Shown: positions 10,032 through 19,990, counted from the first letter of the stretch. The stretch is DNA of 64,000 bases from Erysipelotrichaceae bacterium (GCA_015059105.1 SVBB01000004.1:5144-69143); one strand, 5' to 3'. A program made the numbers and translations. The notes: generated by a model not told the origin, from the letters alone.

Positions 10032-11019
10032 AATAGAAATCGAAGAAAGCATCGACGAACGGTTCGTAATATAGGCTGTGACTCGCTTGGTCTTTCCAAT
10101 TTCCAGAAGCGTTTAATTCATATTCACTAAGACGAGTGCCGACGAGCACTTTTCTTATTAAATTGGCCGTGTAATGGATATGTTTATTTCTTTCTTCGCT
10201 ATAATATGAGTCGGTGATAACTCCATCGGTGATTTCATCGTTGAAATAAACAGCCATATCATATAATTCCCCATCTTTATAATATTGGAAAGTCGGGACA
10301 AAACCGGTTTTATAACCGAATTCTTTGTTATATTTATCGGATAAGAAGTGGTCATCTTTAAACTGTTGATATCGATCAGGCTCTTCACTTCTAATCGGAT
10401 CCATATCAAATACATAGATTTTGCTATTAGTTTGCCAATATTTAAATCTCGGCATTAAAACATTAGGAGTGCAGTAGTTGCAGTCTGGACAAGATAAGCG
10501 GGTGTAATAGATGATGCCGTCATTATCAATGACCTCACTTTTAATTTGTTCTTCATTAATGAAGTACATATATGGAAGTTCCACAGTGTTTTTGATGAGC
10601 TCTAATAATTTATTTTCATCGGTGAAGTAGGAACTATTGTCGGTATAGAATACTCTTCTGATAACTTTCCCGTTCGCGATGATATAAAAAGCAGGGTTCA
10701 CACTGTTTTTGATGCCGAAAGCATTTAATCTTTCATCGATTTCTGTATCCGATATCTTATAAGTCAAAATGTGTTGATATTTGCTTAATACATCGAGAAC
10801 AGAAGCGAAATATCCCCAACATCCACAGGAAGTATCTCCATATGTTGCTAAGAGGAAGTTTTCATTATCCTTTTTACTATATAAAGTATCGTTATCAATT
10901 TCGACAGACGTCTCATGATATAAAGTCCCATATGTGATGCGGTCTAATGTCTTAGAATCGCAGCCAATCATACTAGGAGCGGCCATTAATAATGTAAATA
11001 AAAGTCCAATTTTTTTCAT
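10024..11019 (-). CDS. Cys-rich lipoprotein of unknown function
   Basis: MKKIGLLFTLLMAAPSMIGC is a lipobox. Several CxC/CxxC pairs occur (SCGCWG, CPDCNYC). Confidence 0.5.
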   Translation of the reverse strand: MKKIGLLFTLLMAAPSMIGCDSKTLDRITYGTLYHETSVEIDNDTLYSKKDNENFLLATYGDTSCGCWGYFASVLDVLSKYQHILTYKISDTEIDERLNAFGIKNSVNPAFYIIANGKVIRRVFYTDNSSYFTDENKLLELIKNTVELPYMYFINEEQIKSEVIDNDGIIYYTRLSCPDCNYCTPNVLMPRFKYWQTNSKIYVFDMDPIRSEEPDRYQQFKDDHFLSDKYNKEFGYKTGFVPTFQYYKDGELYDMAVYFNDEITDGVITDSYYSEERNKHIHYTANLIRKVLVGTRLSEYELNASGNWKDQASHSLYYEPFVDAFFDFYFI

Positions 11020-11228
11020 ATGTGTTATCTATTCTAACAAACTATAAAAAAAGTGCATCATAATTCGTATCAAAAGTGGTGAATTTTTATAGCGGGAAAA
11101 CCACGTCGATTTTTCAAGCGATTTTTTCTTCATTTTTTTGAAAAAAATATTTTGGGGTTTTGCTAGACTGAGTCTAATAATTTTTAGTTTGAAAAACGAG
11201 TCGAAAAAAAATAGTAAAAAAAAACATT

Positions 11229-11257
11229 TGAAATCGGGGGTAATTTTTTATATATTT
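11229..11257 (+). promoter_or_regulatory. Candidate sigma-A promoter for the pot operon
   Basis: ttgaaa, a 17-nt spacer, then tatatt. It lies about 60 nt upstream of the potA ATG. Confidence 0.3.
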
Positions 11258-11313
11258 TTTCCGTTAATTTTTTTAACAAAAATAGTCCCGTTTTTAGAAA
11301 GGTTGGGTAGTAA

Positions 11314-12837
11314 ATGGAAGATAAAGTTATTATCTCACTTGAAGGCGTAAGTAAAGAATTCGGAGGAACGACAGTTGTCGATAACTTCAATTTGACGATT
11401 AACAAAGGTGAATTCGTCACTTTCCTTGGACCTTCTGGATGTGGTAAATCCACAACATTAAGGATGATCGCTGGTTTAGAGACCCCATCATCTGGTTCTA
11501 TCAAACTCAATGGAGAAGATATCGTCAAGATTCCTCCATATAAAAGACCAATTAACACGGTCTTCCAAAGATATGCTTTGTTCCCATATCTCGATGTCTA
11601 TGACAATGTAGCATTTGGTTTAAAACTTAAGAAAGTGCCGGTGCAAATCACTAAGAAAAATGGGCAAGTTGTCACTAAGATGAAACATCTCTCTCGTGAA
11701 GTGATCGACCAAAAGGTTCTAAAAGCCCTTAGAGTAGTGGACTTAGAAGAGCTCGAAAACAGAGATATCTCCACACTTTCTGGTGGTCAACAACAAAGAG
11801 TCGCGATTGCGCGTGCGATTGTTAATGAACCAGAAATCTTACTTTTAGATGAACCTTTAGGCGCGCTTGACTTAAAGATGAGAAAAGATATGCAAATCGA
11901 ACTTAAAGAAATGCATAAGAAACTCGGCATCACGTTCATCTATGTCACTCACGACCAAGAAGAAGCTTTAACGATGTCTGATAAAATCGTCGTCATGAAA
12001 GCTGGTGAAATCCAACAAATCGGTAATCCAACGGATATATATAATGAACCTCAAAACGCATTCGTCGCTTCTTTCATCGGCGAATCCAATATTTATAACG
12101 CGACAATGGTTGGCAAATTGAAGGTTAAATTCCTCAACCATACATTCGACTGTGTTGACGACTTCCCATTAAATGAAAAAGTGGAAGTGGTCGTCCGTCC
12201 TGAAGATGTGAAGATGAAAGTCGCTGATGGTAGTGAAGTCAACGAACTCTCTGGCAAAATCGTCTCCAAACTCTTCAAAGGGATGCATTATCAATACGTC
12301 ATCATGGTTGGGCGTAATGAACTCATCGCTCAAAATACAAGAGAATTCAATGTCGATGACGTTGTCTCGCTGACTTTCCGCGCGCAAGACATTCAAATTA
12401 TGAAGAAAGACCTTGTGAGCAACATCTATGGTGATGCGTGGATCAATAAGAATAACGAAGTGATGATTTCTGAAGATCCATATGAAGCTAACCTCACTCA
12501 ACTCTTACCTGGTTCATCTGTTGATGAAGAAGGATATTTAGTCTCCAAAGAAGGCAAGAAATATGACCTCAACGATGCGGATGTCATCGTCGAAGTTCCA
12601 ATTACTGAAGTCCAAATTGCTGATGGTCATGATAACGGTCAATCTAATGGGGTTGTCATCTCTACAGTTTATAAAGGCGATCACTATCAAATTATCGTCA
12701 GAACAGAAGAAGAGGAAGACTTCATCTGTGACTCCCCATATACGTTTAACGAAGGCGATTTGGTCTCTGTATCAATCCCTCGCGAAGCGATTAAATTAAC
12801 ATTGAAGGGTGATATTTCTAAATATGAAATCGCATAA
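11314..12837 (+). CDS. potA: Spermidine/putrescine ABC transporter ATPase with a duplicated C-terminal TOBE-like extension
   Basis: Walker A GPSGCGKST, signature LSGGQQQRVAIARA and Walker B LLLDEPL are present. The protein is 507 aa, Mollicutes/Erysipelotrichia-style long. Confidence 0.9.
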   Translation: MEDKVIISLEGVSKEFGGTTVVDNFNLTINKGEFVTFLGPSGCGKSTTLRMIAGLETPSSGSIKLNGEDIVKIPPYKRPINTVFQRYALFPYLDVYDNVAFGLKLKKVPVQITKKNGQVVTKMKHLSREVIDQKVLKALRVVDLEELENRDISTLSGGQQQRVAIARAIVNEPEILLLDEPLGALDLKMRKDMQIELKEMHKKLGITFIYVTHDQEEALTMSDKIVVMKAGEIQQIGNPTDIYNEPQNAFVASFIGESNIYNATMVGKLKVKFLNHTFDCVDDFPLNEKVEVVVRPEDVKMKVADGSEVNELSGKIVSKLFKGMHYQYVIMVGRNELIAQNTREFNVDDVVSLTFRAQDIQIMKKDLVSNIYGDAWINKNNEVMISEDPYEANLTQLLPGSSVDEEGYLVSKEGKKYDLNDADVIVEVPITEVQIADGHDNGQSNGVVISTVYKGDHYQIIVRTEEEEDFICDSPYTFNEGDLVSVSIPREAIKLTLKGDISKYEIA

Positions 12838-13636
12838 GAGAAAAGGCTTATATTTTCAAAGAAAATATTTGTGTATTCCATACTCACTTTTCCTCATCCT
12901 ATTTATCATTGTTCCAATTCTCATTATCGTTTGGTATGCCTTTACTGATTCTAATGGGATGCCAAGCTGGAATTCATTAGTGGATTTTTTCACTAGTTGG
13001 AGCAAAATCAATGTTTTAATTGTCTCTTTATTTGTGGCATTAATGACGACACTAATTTGCCTACTTATCGGCTATCCACTTGCTTATTTCTTAGCGGATA
13101 AAAAAGTGAATAAAAATGCTGTACTTGTCACATTGTTCGTCGCTCCAATGTGGATCAACTTCGTCTTGCGTACTGGTGCGACTAGAGACTTATTAACTTG
13201 GATGGGGATCAACGGTGGTACACATCCTTATTTAGCAACTCTTATCGGTATGGTGCAAAACTATTTACCATTTGTCATTCTTCCACTTTATACGACATTC
13301 TTAAAACTCGATAAGAGCCAAATTGAAGCAGCAACTGACTTAGGTGCTAACCCAAGACAAGTCTTCTTCAAAAACATCTTACAACAATCAGTTCCGGGCA
13401 TTGTCAGCGCGACAATGATGACATTTATGCCAACGATGTCCAGCTATGTTATCTCTGATACTCTTTCCGAAGGAAAGATTACTTTATTCGGTAACTACAT
13501 TTATCTCGACTTCACTTCTAGACTTTGGAACGACGGTTCCTTCATGGCAGTGATCATGTTACTAATCATCGGTATCTCGATGTTCTTAACGAGAAATGTC
13601 GATAAGAAAGATGCAAGAGGTGAAGGTTTATGGTAA
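12809..13636 (+). CDS. potB: Spermidine/putrescine ABC permease
   Basis: This is a multi-TM permease with the ABC TMD EAA-like loop (EAATDLGANPRQVFF). It is second in the operon. The true start may be the ATG at 12824. Confidence 0.8.
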   Translation: MIFLNMKSHKRKGLYFQRKYLCIPYSLFLILFIIVPILIIVWYAFTDSNGMPSWNSLVDFFTSWSKINVLIVSLFVALMTTLICLLIGYPLAYFLADKKVNKNAVLVTLFVAPMWINFVLRTGATRDLLTWMGINGGTHPYLATLIGMVQNYLPFVILPLYTTFLKLDKSQIEAATDLGANPRQVFFKNILQQSVPGIVSATMMTFMPTMSSYVISDTLSEGKITLFGNYIYLDFTSRLWNDGSFMAVIMLLIIGISMFLTRNVDKKDARGEGLW

Positions 13637-14478
13637 AGAAAATATTCGGCCAAACTTACATCTGGCTCATCTTAATCTTGATGTATTTACCAGTCTTAGT
13701 GCTCATCGTCTTCTCATTTACAGAAGCGACTAACGTTGGCACTTGGACCGGATTCTCCTGGAACTTATATCCACGTTTATTCCAAGACGCGCAGATTATG
13801 ACCGCGTTAGGGAATACTCTTATTCTTGCTTTTACTTCTGCAGTAGTTTCTGTTGTGCTTGGTACTTTTGGAGCAATCGGCGCTTTCTATAGCAAAAGAA
13901 GAATGAGAAAAGCGATTGATATGGTCACTCAAATCCCAATCGTCAATGCGGAAATCGTCATGGCTTTATCTTTAACAGTCATGTTCGTCTTCCTTTCTAC
14001 TTATGTCTTTAAAACACAACTTATGTCTTTCTGGACACTATTAATCGGTCATGTCGTCTTATCATTACCATTTGTTTATATCTCTGTTAAACCAAAATTA
14101 GAGCAAATGGATCCTTCTTTATATGAAGCAGCAATTGATTTAGGCGCAACTCCTCGTCAAGCGCTTGGTAAAGTCATCATCCCCGAAGTCTTACCAGGTA
14201 TCTTAAGTGGTTTCTTACTTTCCATCACTTTATCTCTTGATGACTTCATCGTCACTAGATTTACTAGAGGGGCTGGTTTATTAAGTGGAGATAGTCAAAT
14301 TGAAACTTTATCCACTTTAGTGCAAGCGAAAATTAAAAAAGGCCCAATCCCTGTGGAGATGAGAGCATTAACAACAATCATCTTCTTAGTGGTGATTCTC
14401 GTCGTTATTTTAATCTCTGTAAGAAGATATTATGTGAGCAAAAAACAACCACATGGTAGAAGGAGGTATATGCGATGA
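13630..14478 (+). CDS. potC: Spermidine/putrescine ABC permease
   Basis: This is a multi-TM permease with an EAA loop (EAAIDLGATPRQALGKV). It overlaps potB and potD. Confidence 0.85.
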   Translation: MVKKIFGQTYIWLILILMYLPVLVLIVFSFTEATNVGTWTGFSWNLYPRLFQDAQIMTALGNTLILAFTSAVVSVVLGTFGAIGAFYSKRRMRKAIDMVTQIPIVNAEIVMALSLTVMFVFLSTYVFKTQLMSFWTLLIGHVVLSLPFVYISVKPKLEQMDPSLYEAAIDLGATPRQALGKVIIPEVLPGILSGFLLSITLSLDDFIVTRFTRGAGLLSGDSQIETLSTLVQAKIKKGPIPVEMRALTTIIFLVVILVVILISVRRYYVSKKQPHGRRRYMR

Positions 14479-16331
14479 AAAAGAATATATTATTAGCCTC
14501 TTTATTCATCTTGGCTACTGGCTTAACTTCCTGTGGAAGTTCATCAAATAATAGTGGTTCCTTAACTATTAGAATCCTCAATCTTGAAGACTATATCTAT
14601 CTCAATGATCCAGATAATGGCTATGATGAAGATGATATGACTGTACAATTTGAACAGTATTATAAAGAAACATTTGGCAAAGACATTCAAGTCATCTATG
14701 AAACTAGCGATACTAACGAATCTATCTATAACGATTTATTAACTGGTCGTACTAAATATGACTTAGTTTGTACTTCTGACTACATGCTTCAAAAGTTTGT
14801 TAGAGAAGGTTTGATCACTAAACTTCATAAGAACGAAGAAGACGATTGGTTAACCAATTATCACACCTATGCTTCTCCAACTATCAAAGCGCGTTTAGAT
14901 GAAATCGATGTCGATATGCCTGATGGTAGTAAACAGTACTTAGGTGATTACTGTGTAGGTTATATGTGGGGAACATTAGGCATCCTCTTTAACCCAAATT
15001 ATAAAGATTTCTCTAGCGAAGCAAATCCATTAGAAGATATGGCTTCATGGAATGTTTTCTGGGATAAGAATTATAACAATACAATTTCTATTAAAGATAG
15101 TATGCGCGATACTTTCGCGGCTGCCTTAATGCATACTTATGATGATGAACTCGCGGAATTAAAAGAAGCTTATGAAATTAAGCTTAACCGCATCAAAACT
15201 CAATATGAAGAAGGTAGCATCAGTGAGGAAGAATATAACGAACTCATCGGAAATACTGATAAAGAATATAACGAAAAAGTCTCGATAGTGTTTAACCGCA
15301 CGGATGATGATACATTAAAATTAGTGGCTTCTTCGTTAGAAGAACTCAAAGGAAACATCTTCGGTCTTGAAGTTGATAGCGGTAAGCAAGATATCGTCAC
15401 TGGCAAAATTGGTGTTAACTTAGCTTATTCTGGTGATGCGGTTTATTCCATTGAACTCGCGGAAGCCGAATTAGAAGATAGCGAACTCCTATATTCCGTT
15501 CCTACTAATGGTTCTAACATCTGGTTTGATGGTTGGTGCATTCCAAAAGATGATTCACGTAGTGAAGAACAGTTCAAAGCGGCGCATTTATTTCTCGATT
15601 TCATCTCTGATCCAGAATATGCGGCGAAGAACATGGATTACACTGGTTATACCCCTTATATCGGTGGTGATATCATTTTAGACCAAGTCCGCGACTGGTA
15701 TGATGCCCGTACTGACCTCATCTACTTCTATGATGAAGAAGGGGAATATGAGACTGATGATGACCGTTATCTATCTCTCTTCTACACTGATCCAGAAACT
15801 GATGAAGAAGTTGAAGTTTGGTATGAAGATTGCCATTTTGAAGCCGACGCAGATGAAGCATATGACGGAGTTGGTTTATATTATTACCCAAATAATAATT
15901 TTGAAGGTGAACCAGTAGATTTCAAGATTGATAATAAACAAGTTTATTATAATGATAGACTTGTCATCGATCCAGAATGGCAAGAAGTCGATCTCACATA
16001 TTTCTTTAACGAAACATTAGAAGAATATGATGATATGACATTCTATGTCGATTATTACTGTGAAGAAAATGGGGCAGTTGGTAGTTCTTTCTTCGTTCAA
16101 TATCCTTCTGAAGAAGTGATTACGAGATGTGCGGTCATGGATGATTATGGCGATAAACAAAACATCAAAGTTCTTAAGATGTGGGAATCATTTAAATCAA
16201 ACGCTCTTCCAGTGTGGGCGGTCGTGATTCTTATCGTCACCTTAAGCTTGATGGCAGTTGGCTTAACATATTACTTATTAAGCAAACATCTTAAAAAGAA
16301 ACTTCGCATTAGAAGACAAAGTCAAAAATAA
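14475..16331 (+). CDS. potD: Polyamine-binding lipoprotein with a long acidic C-terminal region and a C-terminal TM anchor
   Basis: MKKNILLASLFILATGLTSC is a lipobox. A PotD-like periplasmic-binding-protein fold is in the first ~350 aa. It is followed by ~200 aa rich in D/E/Y and a terminal hydrophobic helix, VWAVVILIVTLSLMAVGLTYYLL. Confidence 0.8.
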   Translation: MKKNILLASLFILATGLTSCGSSSNNSGSLTIRILNLEDYIYLNDPDNGYDEDDMTVQFEQYYKETFGKDIQVIYETSDTNESIYNDLLTGRTKYDLVCTSDYMLQKFVREGLITKLHKNEEDDWLTNYHTYASPTIKARLDEIDVDMPDGSKQYLGDYCVGYMWGTLGILFNPNYKDFSSEANPLEDMASWNVFWDKNYNNTISIKDSMRDTFAAALMHTYDDELAELKEAYEIKLNRIKTQYEEGSISEEEYNELIGNTDKEYNEKVSIVFNRTDDDTLKLVASSLEELKGNIFGLEVDSGKQDIVTGKIGVNLAYSGDAVYSIELAEAELEDSELLYSVPTNGSNIWFDGWCIPKDDSRSEEQFKAAHLFLDFISDPEYAAKNMDYTGYTPYIGGDIILDQVRDWYDARTDLIYFYDEEGEYETDDDRYLSLFYTDPETDEEVEVWYEDCHFEADADEAYDGVGLYYYPNNNFEGEPVDFKIDNKQVYYNDRLVIDPEWQEVDLTYFFNETLEEYDDMTFYVDYYCEENGAVGSSFFVQYPSEEVITRCAVMDDYGDKQNIKVLKMWESFKSNALPVWAVVILIVTLSLMAVGLTYYLLSKHLKKKLRIRRQSQK

Positions 16332-16337
16332 CAATTA

Positions 16338-16362
16338 GGGCGTTATTAAACGCCTTTTTTGT
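16338..16362 (+). terminator. Intrinsic terminator after potD
   Basis: gggcgtt-atta-aacgcc followed by tttttt. Confidence 0.7.
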
Positions 16363-16408
16363 GAAAATTATTTACTTATAAATAAAATACTCGTATAGTA
16401 TTTAAGTT

Positions 16409-18235
16409 ATGAAAACTAGAAACATTGCAATTATTGCCCACGTCGATCACGGCAAAACCACATTATTAGACCAATTATTAAAAAGCTCCGGTGCTTTTAG
16501 AGAAAACGAAGAAGTTGCGAATAGAGTGATGGACTCTAATGATATCGAAAGAGAAAGAGGAATCACCATCTTAGCGAAGACTACTTCCATTATTTATAAA
16601 GACACCAAGATTAATATCTTAGACACTCCAGGCCACGCGGATTTCGGTGGAGAAGTGGAAAGAATCATGAACATGGTGGACGGCTGCCTTCTTTTAGTTG
16701 ATGCTTTTGAAGGCACGATGCCACAGACGAGATTCGTCCTTAAGAAAGCCCTACAAGCCCATGTCAAACCAATCGTTGTTATCAACAAAGTTGATAGAGC
16801 GAACATCAATATCAATCAAACATTAGATGAAGTATTAGATTTATTCATTGAGTTAGATGCCCCTGAAGAATATTTAGAATTTCCAGTCGTCTATACATCT
16901 GCTTTAAAAGGCACTAGTTCTTTATCCCCAAATCCTGCGGATCAAAATCCGGGTATGGATGCGGTTTTAGATATGATTTTAGAGCATATTCCAGAACCAG
17001 ATGTCGATATCAATCAACCATTACAACTTCAAATCGCGTTATTAGACTATAACGATTTCGTCGGTCGTATCGGTATCGGAACGATTAAAAAAGGAACGAT
17101 TAAAGTCGGTGATATGGTCACTGTTTCCCGCTTAGATGGCTCTACTAAAAACTTTAAAGTATTGAAATTATTTGGTTTCCAAGGAATTCATCGACTTGAA
17201 ATCGAATCAGCTTCTGCTGGCGATATGGTGGCAGTGGCAGGTCTTACTGATATCAACGTCGGCGAAACGATCAATTTACCAAATCATTTAGACCCATTAC
17301 CATTAATTAGACTTGATGAACCAACTTTACAGATGACATTTGCCACTAACTCATCTCCACTTTGTGGTAAAGAAGGTAAATTCTTAACTGCTCGTAAAAT
17401 TGAAGAGAGATTATTTAGAGAAGTGCAAAGAGATGTTGCTTTAAGAGTACAAAGAGTGGTCAACACTGAATCTTGGATTGTTTCTGGTAGAGGTGAACTC
17501 CATCTTTCTATTTTAATAGAAAATATGAGAAGAGAAGGTTTTGAACTCGAAGTTGGTAAACCACAAGTCATCATCAAAGAAATAAACGGCGTTAAATGTG
17601 AACCATATGAAGATGTAATCATCGATGTCCCAGATGAATATGTTGGGGATGTGATGGTACAGATGGGGGATAGAGGAGCAGAACTCGTCCATATGGATGT
17701 ACGAGAAGCGGTTACTATTCTTCGTTATGTCATCGCCTCTAGAGGTTTATTAGGCTTTGTCGGTAATTTCTTGACTTTAACTAAAGGCTTTGGAATATTA
17801 TCCCATACATATAAAGAATATCGTCCTGTTGTTTCTACTGATCTAGGAGAAAGACAAATTGGTGTTTTGGTTGCGACTGAAAGTGGTAACGCTACTCCAT
17901 ATGCGATTGAACACGTCGAAGATAGAGGAACATTATTCATCGCTCCTGGTACTGAAGTATACGAAGGGATGATCGTGGGAGAACATCGCTACAACTTCGA
18001 TTTAGCGGTCAACGTCGTTATGAAAAAGAACCTCACAAATGTGAGAAGTTCTAATAAAGATAATACAGTCGTGCTTAAGTCACCACGTAAGATGTCATTA
18101 GAAGCGTGTTTTGATTATATCAATTCTGATGAACTCGTGGAAATCACTCCATCGACATTCAGAATGAGAAAGAAAATATTAAATACTTCCGAAAGAAAGA
18201 AATATGATGCTCACCACAAAAATGGTGAAGAATAG
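16409..18235 (+). CDS. typA: Translational GTPase BipA/TypA
   Basis: AHVDHGKTTL with DTPGHADF is an EF-G-like GTPase. The overall length and domain order match BipA. Confidence 0.9.
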   Translation: MKTRNIAIIAHVDHGKTTLLDQLLKSSGAFRENEEVANRVMDSNDIERERGITILAKTTSIIYKDTKINILDTPGHADFGGEVERIMNMVDGCLLLVDAFEGTMPQTRFVLKKALQAHVKPIVVINKVDRANININQTLDEVLDLFIELDAPEEYLEFPVVYTSALKGTSSLSPNPADQNPGMDAVLDMILEHIPEPDVDINQPLQLQIALLDYNDFVGRIGIGTIKKGTIKVGDMVTVSRLDGSTKNFKVLKLFGFQGIHRLEIESASAGDMVAVAGLTDINVGETINLPNHLDPLPLIRLDEPTLQMTFATNSSPLCGKEGKFLTARKIEERLFREVQRDVALRVQRVVNTESWIVSGRGELHLSILIENMRREGFELEVGKPQVIIKEINGVKCEPYEDVIIDVPDEYVGDVMVQMGDRGAELVHMDVREAVTILRYVIASRGLLGFVGNFLTLTKGFGILSHTYKEYRPVVSTDLGERQIGVLVATESGNATPYAIEHVEDRGTLFIAPGTEVYEGMIVGEHRYNFDLAVNVVMKKNLTNVRSSNKDNTVVLKSPRKMSLEACFDYINSDELVEITPSTFRMRKKILNTSERKKYDAHHKNGEE

Positions 18236-18646
18236 CTAATATTGCTGTAAATATTCTTCGGGAGATAAGACTTTGTTATTTGCGTTAATAAAGTCTTTTT
18301 TATTTCTTGTGAGAATAAAATCAGCACCGACGTTAGTGGCGACAGCATCGATGACTGCATCTTCAAAATCGTTCATATTTGAACTAATTGCTGAATATAT
18401 GCAGTTATCATCTACTTTTGCTAATCTAACCCATTTTAGTAAATCGATAACTAATTCTTTTGCTTTTTCTTTACTATGTAAACTTTTTGATAAATTATAA
18501 TGAAAATCAGTGATTGAAGAACACGAAATATATAATCTTGCATATTGCGATATTGCAAGTTTTAATGCGTTTAAAGAATTCTCGATAAAGTCTTTTCTAT
18601 TGGCGTAGATATCGATGAGAATATTCGTATCAACTAGTACAGTCAT
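18236..18646 (-). CDS. PIN-domain (VapC-like) toxin
   Basis: VLVDTNILID, with conserved acidic residues later, is a PIN domain. The start is set at MTVLV, 1 nt after the antitoxin stop. The ORF-track start at 18691 is over-extended into the antitoxin. Confidence 0.75.
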   Translation of the reverse strand: MTVLVDTNILIDIYANRKDFIENSLNALKLAISQYARLYISCSSITDFHYNLSKSLHSKEKAKELVIDLLKWVRLAKVDDNCIYSAISSNMNDFEDAVIDAVATNVGADFILTRNKKDFINANNKVLSPEEYLQQY

Positions 18647-18647
18647 A

Positions 18648-18962
18648 TTACTTACAAATCCTTTCGTCTCGCCATTTTTTAAGATCTTCATCAGTTATTT
18701 CTTTTCCCTCTGGATTTGCTTTTCCCACAATAGAATCTAACCATGCGAGTTTGGCTGCAATATCTTCGGGTGCTTTTAATACGGCGATAGTTTTGCCGTT
18801 TTTTGTGATTAAAATGTCTTCCTTTGAAGCGAGTTCGAGATACTTTCCGAGATTCTTTTTGAATTCTGTAGCAGTAATAGTCATTGGTTTATCCTTATCT
18901 GCTTTTATTATAGGATAAAGCGTACGATTTTCCAATAAATCGTGCGAAATTGTATGTGCCAT
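18648..18962 (-). CDS. Phd/YefM-type antitoxin
   Basis: TITATEFKKNLGKYLE..ILITKNGKTIAVL is the Phd/YefM N-terminal fold. It sits directly upstream of the PIN toxin. Confidence 0.65.
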   Translation of the reverse strand: MAHTISHDLLENRTLYPIIKADKDKPMTITATEFKKNLGKYLELASKEDILITKNGKTIAVLKAPEDIAAKLAWLDSIVGKANPEGKEITDEDLKKWRDERICK

Positions 18963-19015
18963 AAAACACCTCCTATTTATATATACCCAAAAGGTCGCAT
19001 TTTTTCGGGAAACAT
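18963..19015 (-). repeat. Copy A of the recurrent promoter/RBS cassette, driving the Phd-PIN operon
   Basis: The sense strand reads ttcccgaaaaaatgcgaccttttgggtatatataaataggaggtgtttta-ATG. It is near-identical to copy B and related to copies C, D and E. Confidence 0.7.
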
Positions 19016-19017
19016 TT

Positions 19018-19335
19018 TTATATTTTTATAATTTTTTCAATATTTCCAAGTGAATAAATAATGCGACGTACTTCCATTATTAGTTCGTCTTCTTCTTTGA
19101 CGATGTAGAAAACAGTGTAGTTACCTACGTATATACGATAATAAGGGCTTTCTCTTTGCTTTTTAGATTTATATGGTTCGTAGGCTTTTGGAAAATAGCT
19201 ACGAGAAATAATTGCTTGCTCAACGTCGTCAATAAATGATTTTGCAGCAGATTCGTTTGTTAGAACATTATTGATGTAATTATATATGTCTTGAAGATCT
19301 TCAAAGAATAATGGTAGATATTGGATTTTGGTCAT
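19018..19335 (-). CDS. RelE/ParE-family toxin
   Basis: The ORF is 105 aa. YRIYVGNYTVFYIV is typical of RelE/ParE. It overlaps the upstream antitoxin with ATGA. Confidence 0.75.
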   Translation of the reverse strand: MTKIQYLPLFFEDLQDIYNYINNVLTNESAAKSFIDDVEQAIISRSYFPKAYEPYKSKKQRESPYYRIYVGNYTVFYIVKEEDELIMEVRRIIYSLGNIEKIIKI

Positions 19336-19580
19336 CTTTTATTAAAATGTCCAAAAACCTCTTCATGTGATAAACGTTTATCGGATTCGCTTGCTTGTTT
19401 TTCGGCTTCATCTAAAGCGTTTTCTATATTACTAGTAAGACGTTCATATTCTTGTATAGACATGACGACCATTGAGCCATATCCGTTTTTAGTTAAAATG
19501 ACCGGTCCTTTATTTAAAACGGCATTTTCGATATCGGTAAATTTGTTTCTTAAATCTGAAATTGGTCTGATGTCTAACAT
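19332..19580 (-). CDS. Phd/YefM-family antitoxin
   Basis: ISDLRNKFTDI...PVILTKNGYGSMVVMSIQEYERL is a Phd/YefM fold. It is translationally coupled to the RelE/ParE gene. Confidence 0.75.
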   Translation of the reverse strand: MLDIRPISDLRNKFTDIENAVLNKGPVILTKNGYGSMVVMSIQEYERLTSNIENALDEAEKQASESDKRLSHEEVFGHFNKR

Positions 19581-19654
19581 AATATTTTAATTCCTTTAAC
19601 TATCATAATATTATCATAACTATGCCAAATAACAATAAATGAAGTGGTTTTGGA

Positions 19655-19705
19655 ATCTCCTCCTATTTATATATACCCAAAAAGTCGGATTTTTTCGGGA
19701 AATAT
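19655..19705 (-). repeat. Copy B of the recurrent cassette, upstream of the Phd-RelE operon
   Basis: The sense strand reads ttcccgaaaaaatccgactttttgggtatatataaataggagg. It lies about 75 nt upstream of the antitoxin ATG. Confidence 0.7.
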
Positions 19706-19759
19706 TTTTAAAATTTTTTCGTTAAGACTAGTTTTTATCAAAGATAATTTGTATGATAT

Positions 19760-19975
19760 CTATGTTCGATAAGAGAACCCATCATCTACTGATGTAGTAG
19801 CGAGTGCCGGTTGGTGAAAAGGGCATGACTAGGTAGATGGACGCCACTCTCTTGAAGCGATTAATACCCGCCGTTAATGCTGACGAGATAGCATAATTGA
19901 GTGTCAATAATTATATTATTGGAAATAGGATGGTATCGCGGCAAATGTCGTTCCTAACAAGAACGTTTTTTATTT
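19760..19975 (+). ncRNA. T-box riboswitch leader of alaS
   Basis: The conserved T-box sequence aaataggatggtatcgcgg is at 19923-19941. A terminator hairpin cgttc-N7-gaacg plus a T-run is at 19949-19972. The stem-I region carries a candidate specifier GCC (Ala) at 19843-19845, followed by A. Confidence 0.7.
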
Positions 19976-19990
19976 TTTGGAGGAATCTTT

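Noticed and set aside
11138-11558. ORFs 11138-11350 (+) and 11184-11558 (-) in and around the pot upstream region
   Set aside because: The plus ORF is built from homopolymer A/T runs in the divergent promoter region (KKNSKKKHLK...). The minus ORF runs antisense across the potA start. Neither has an RBS or recognisable features.
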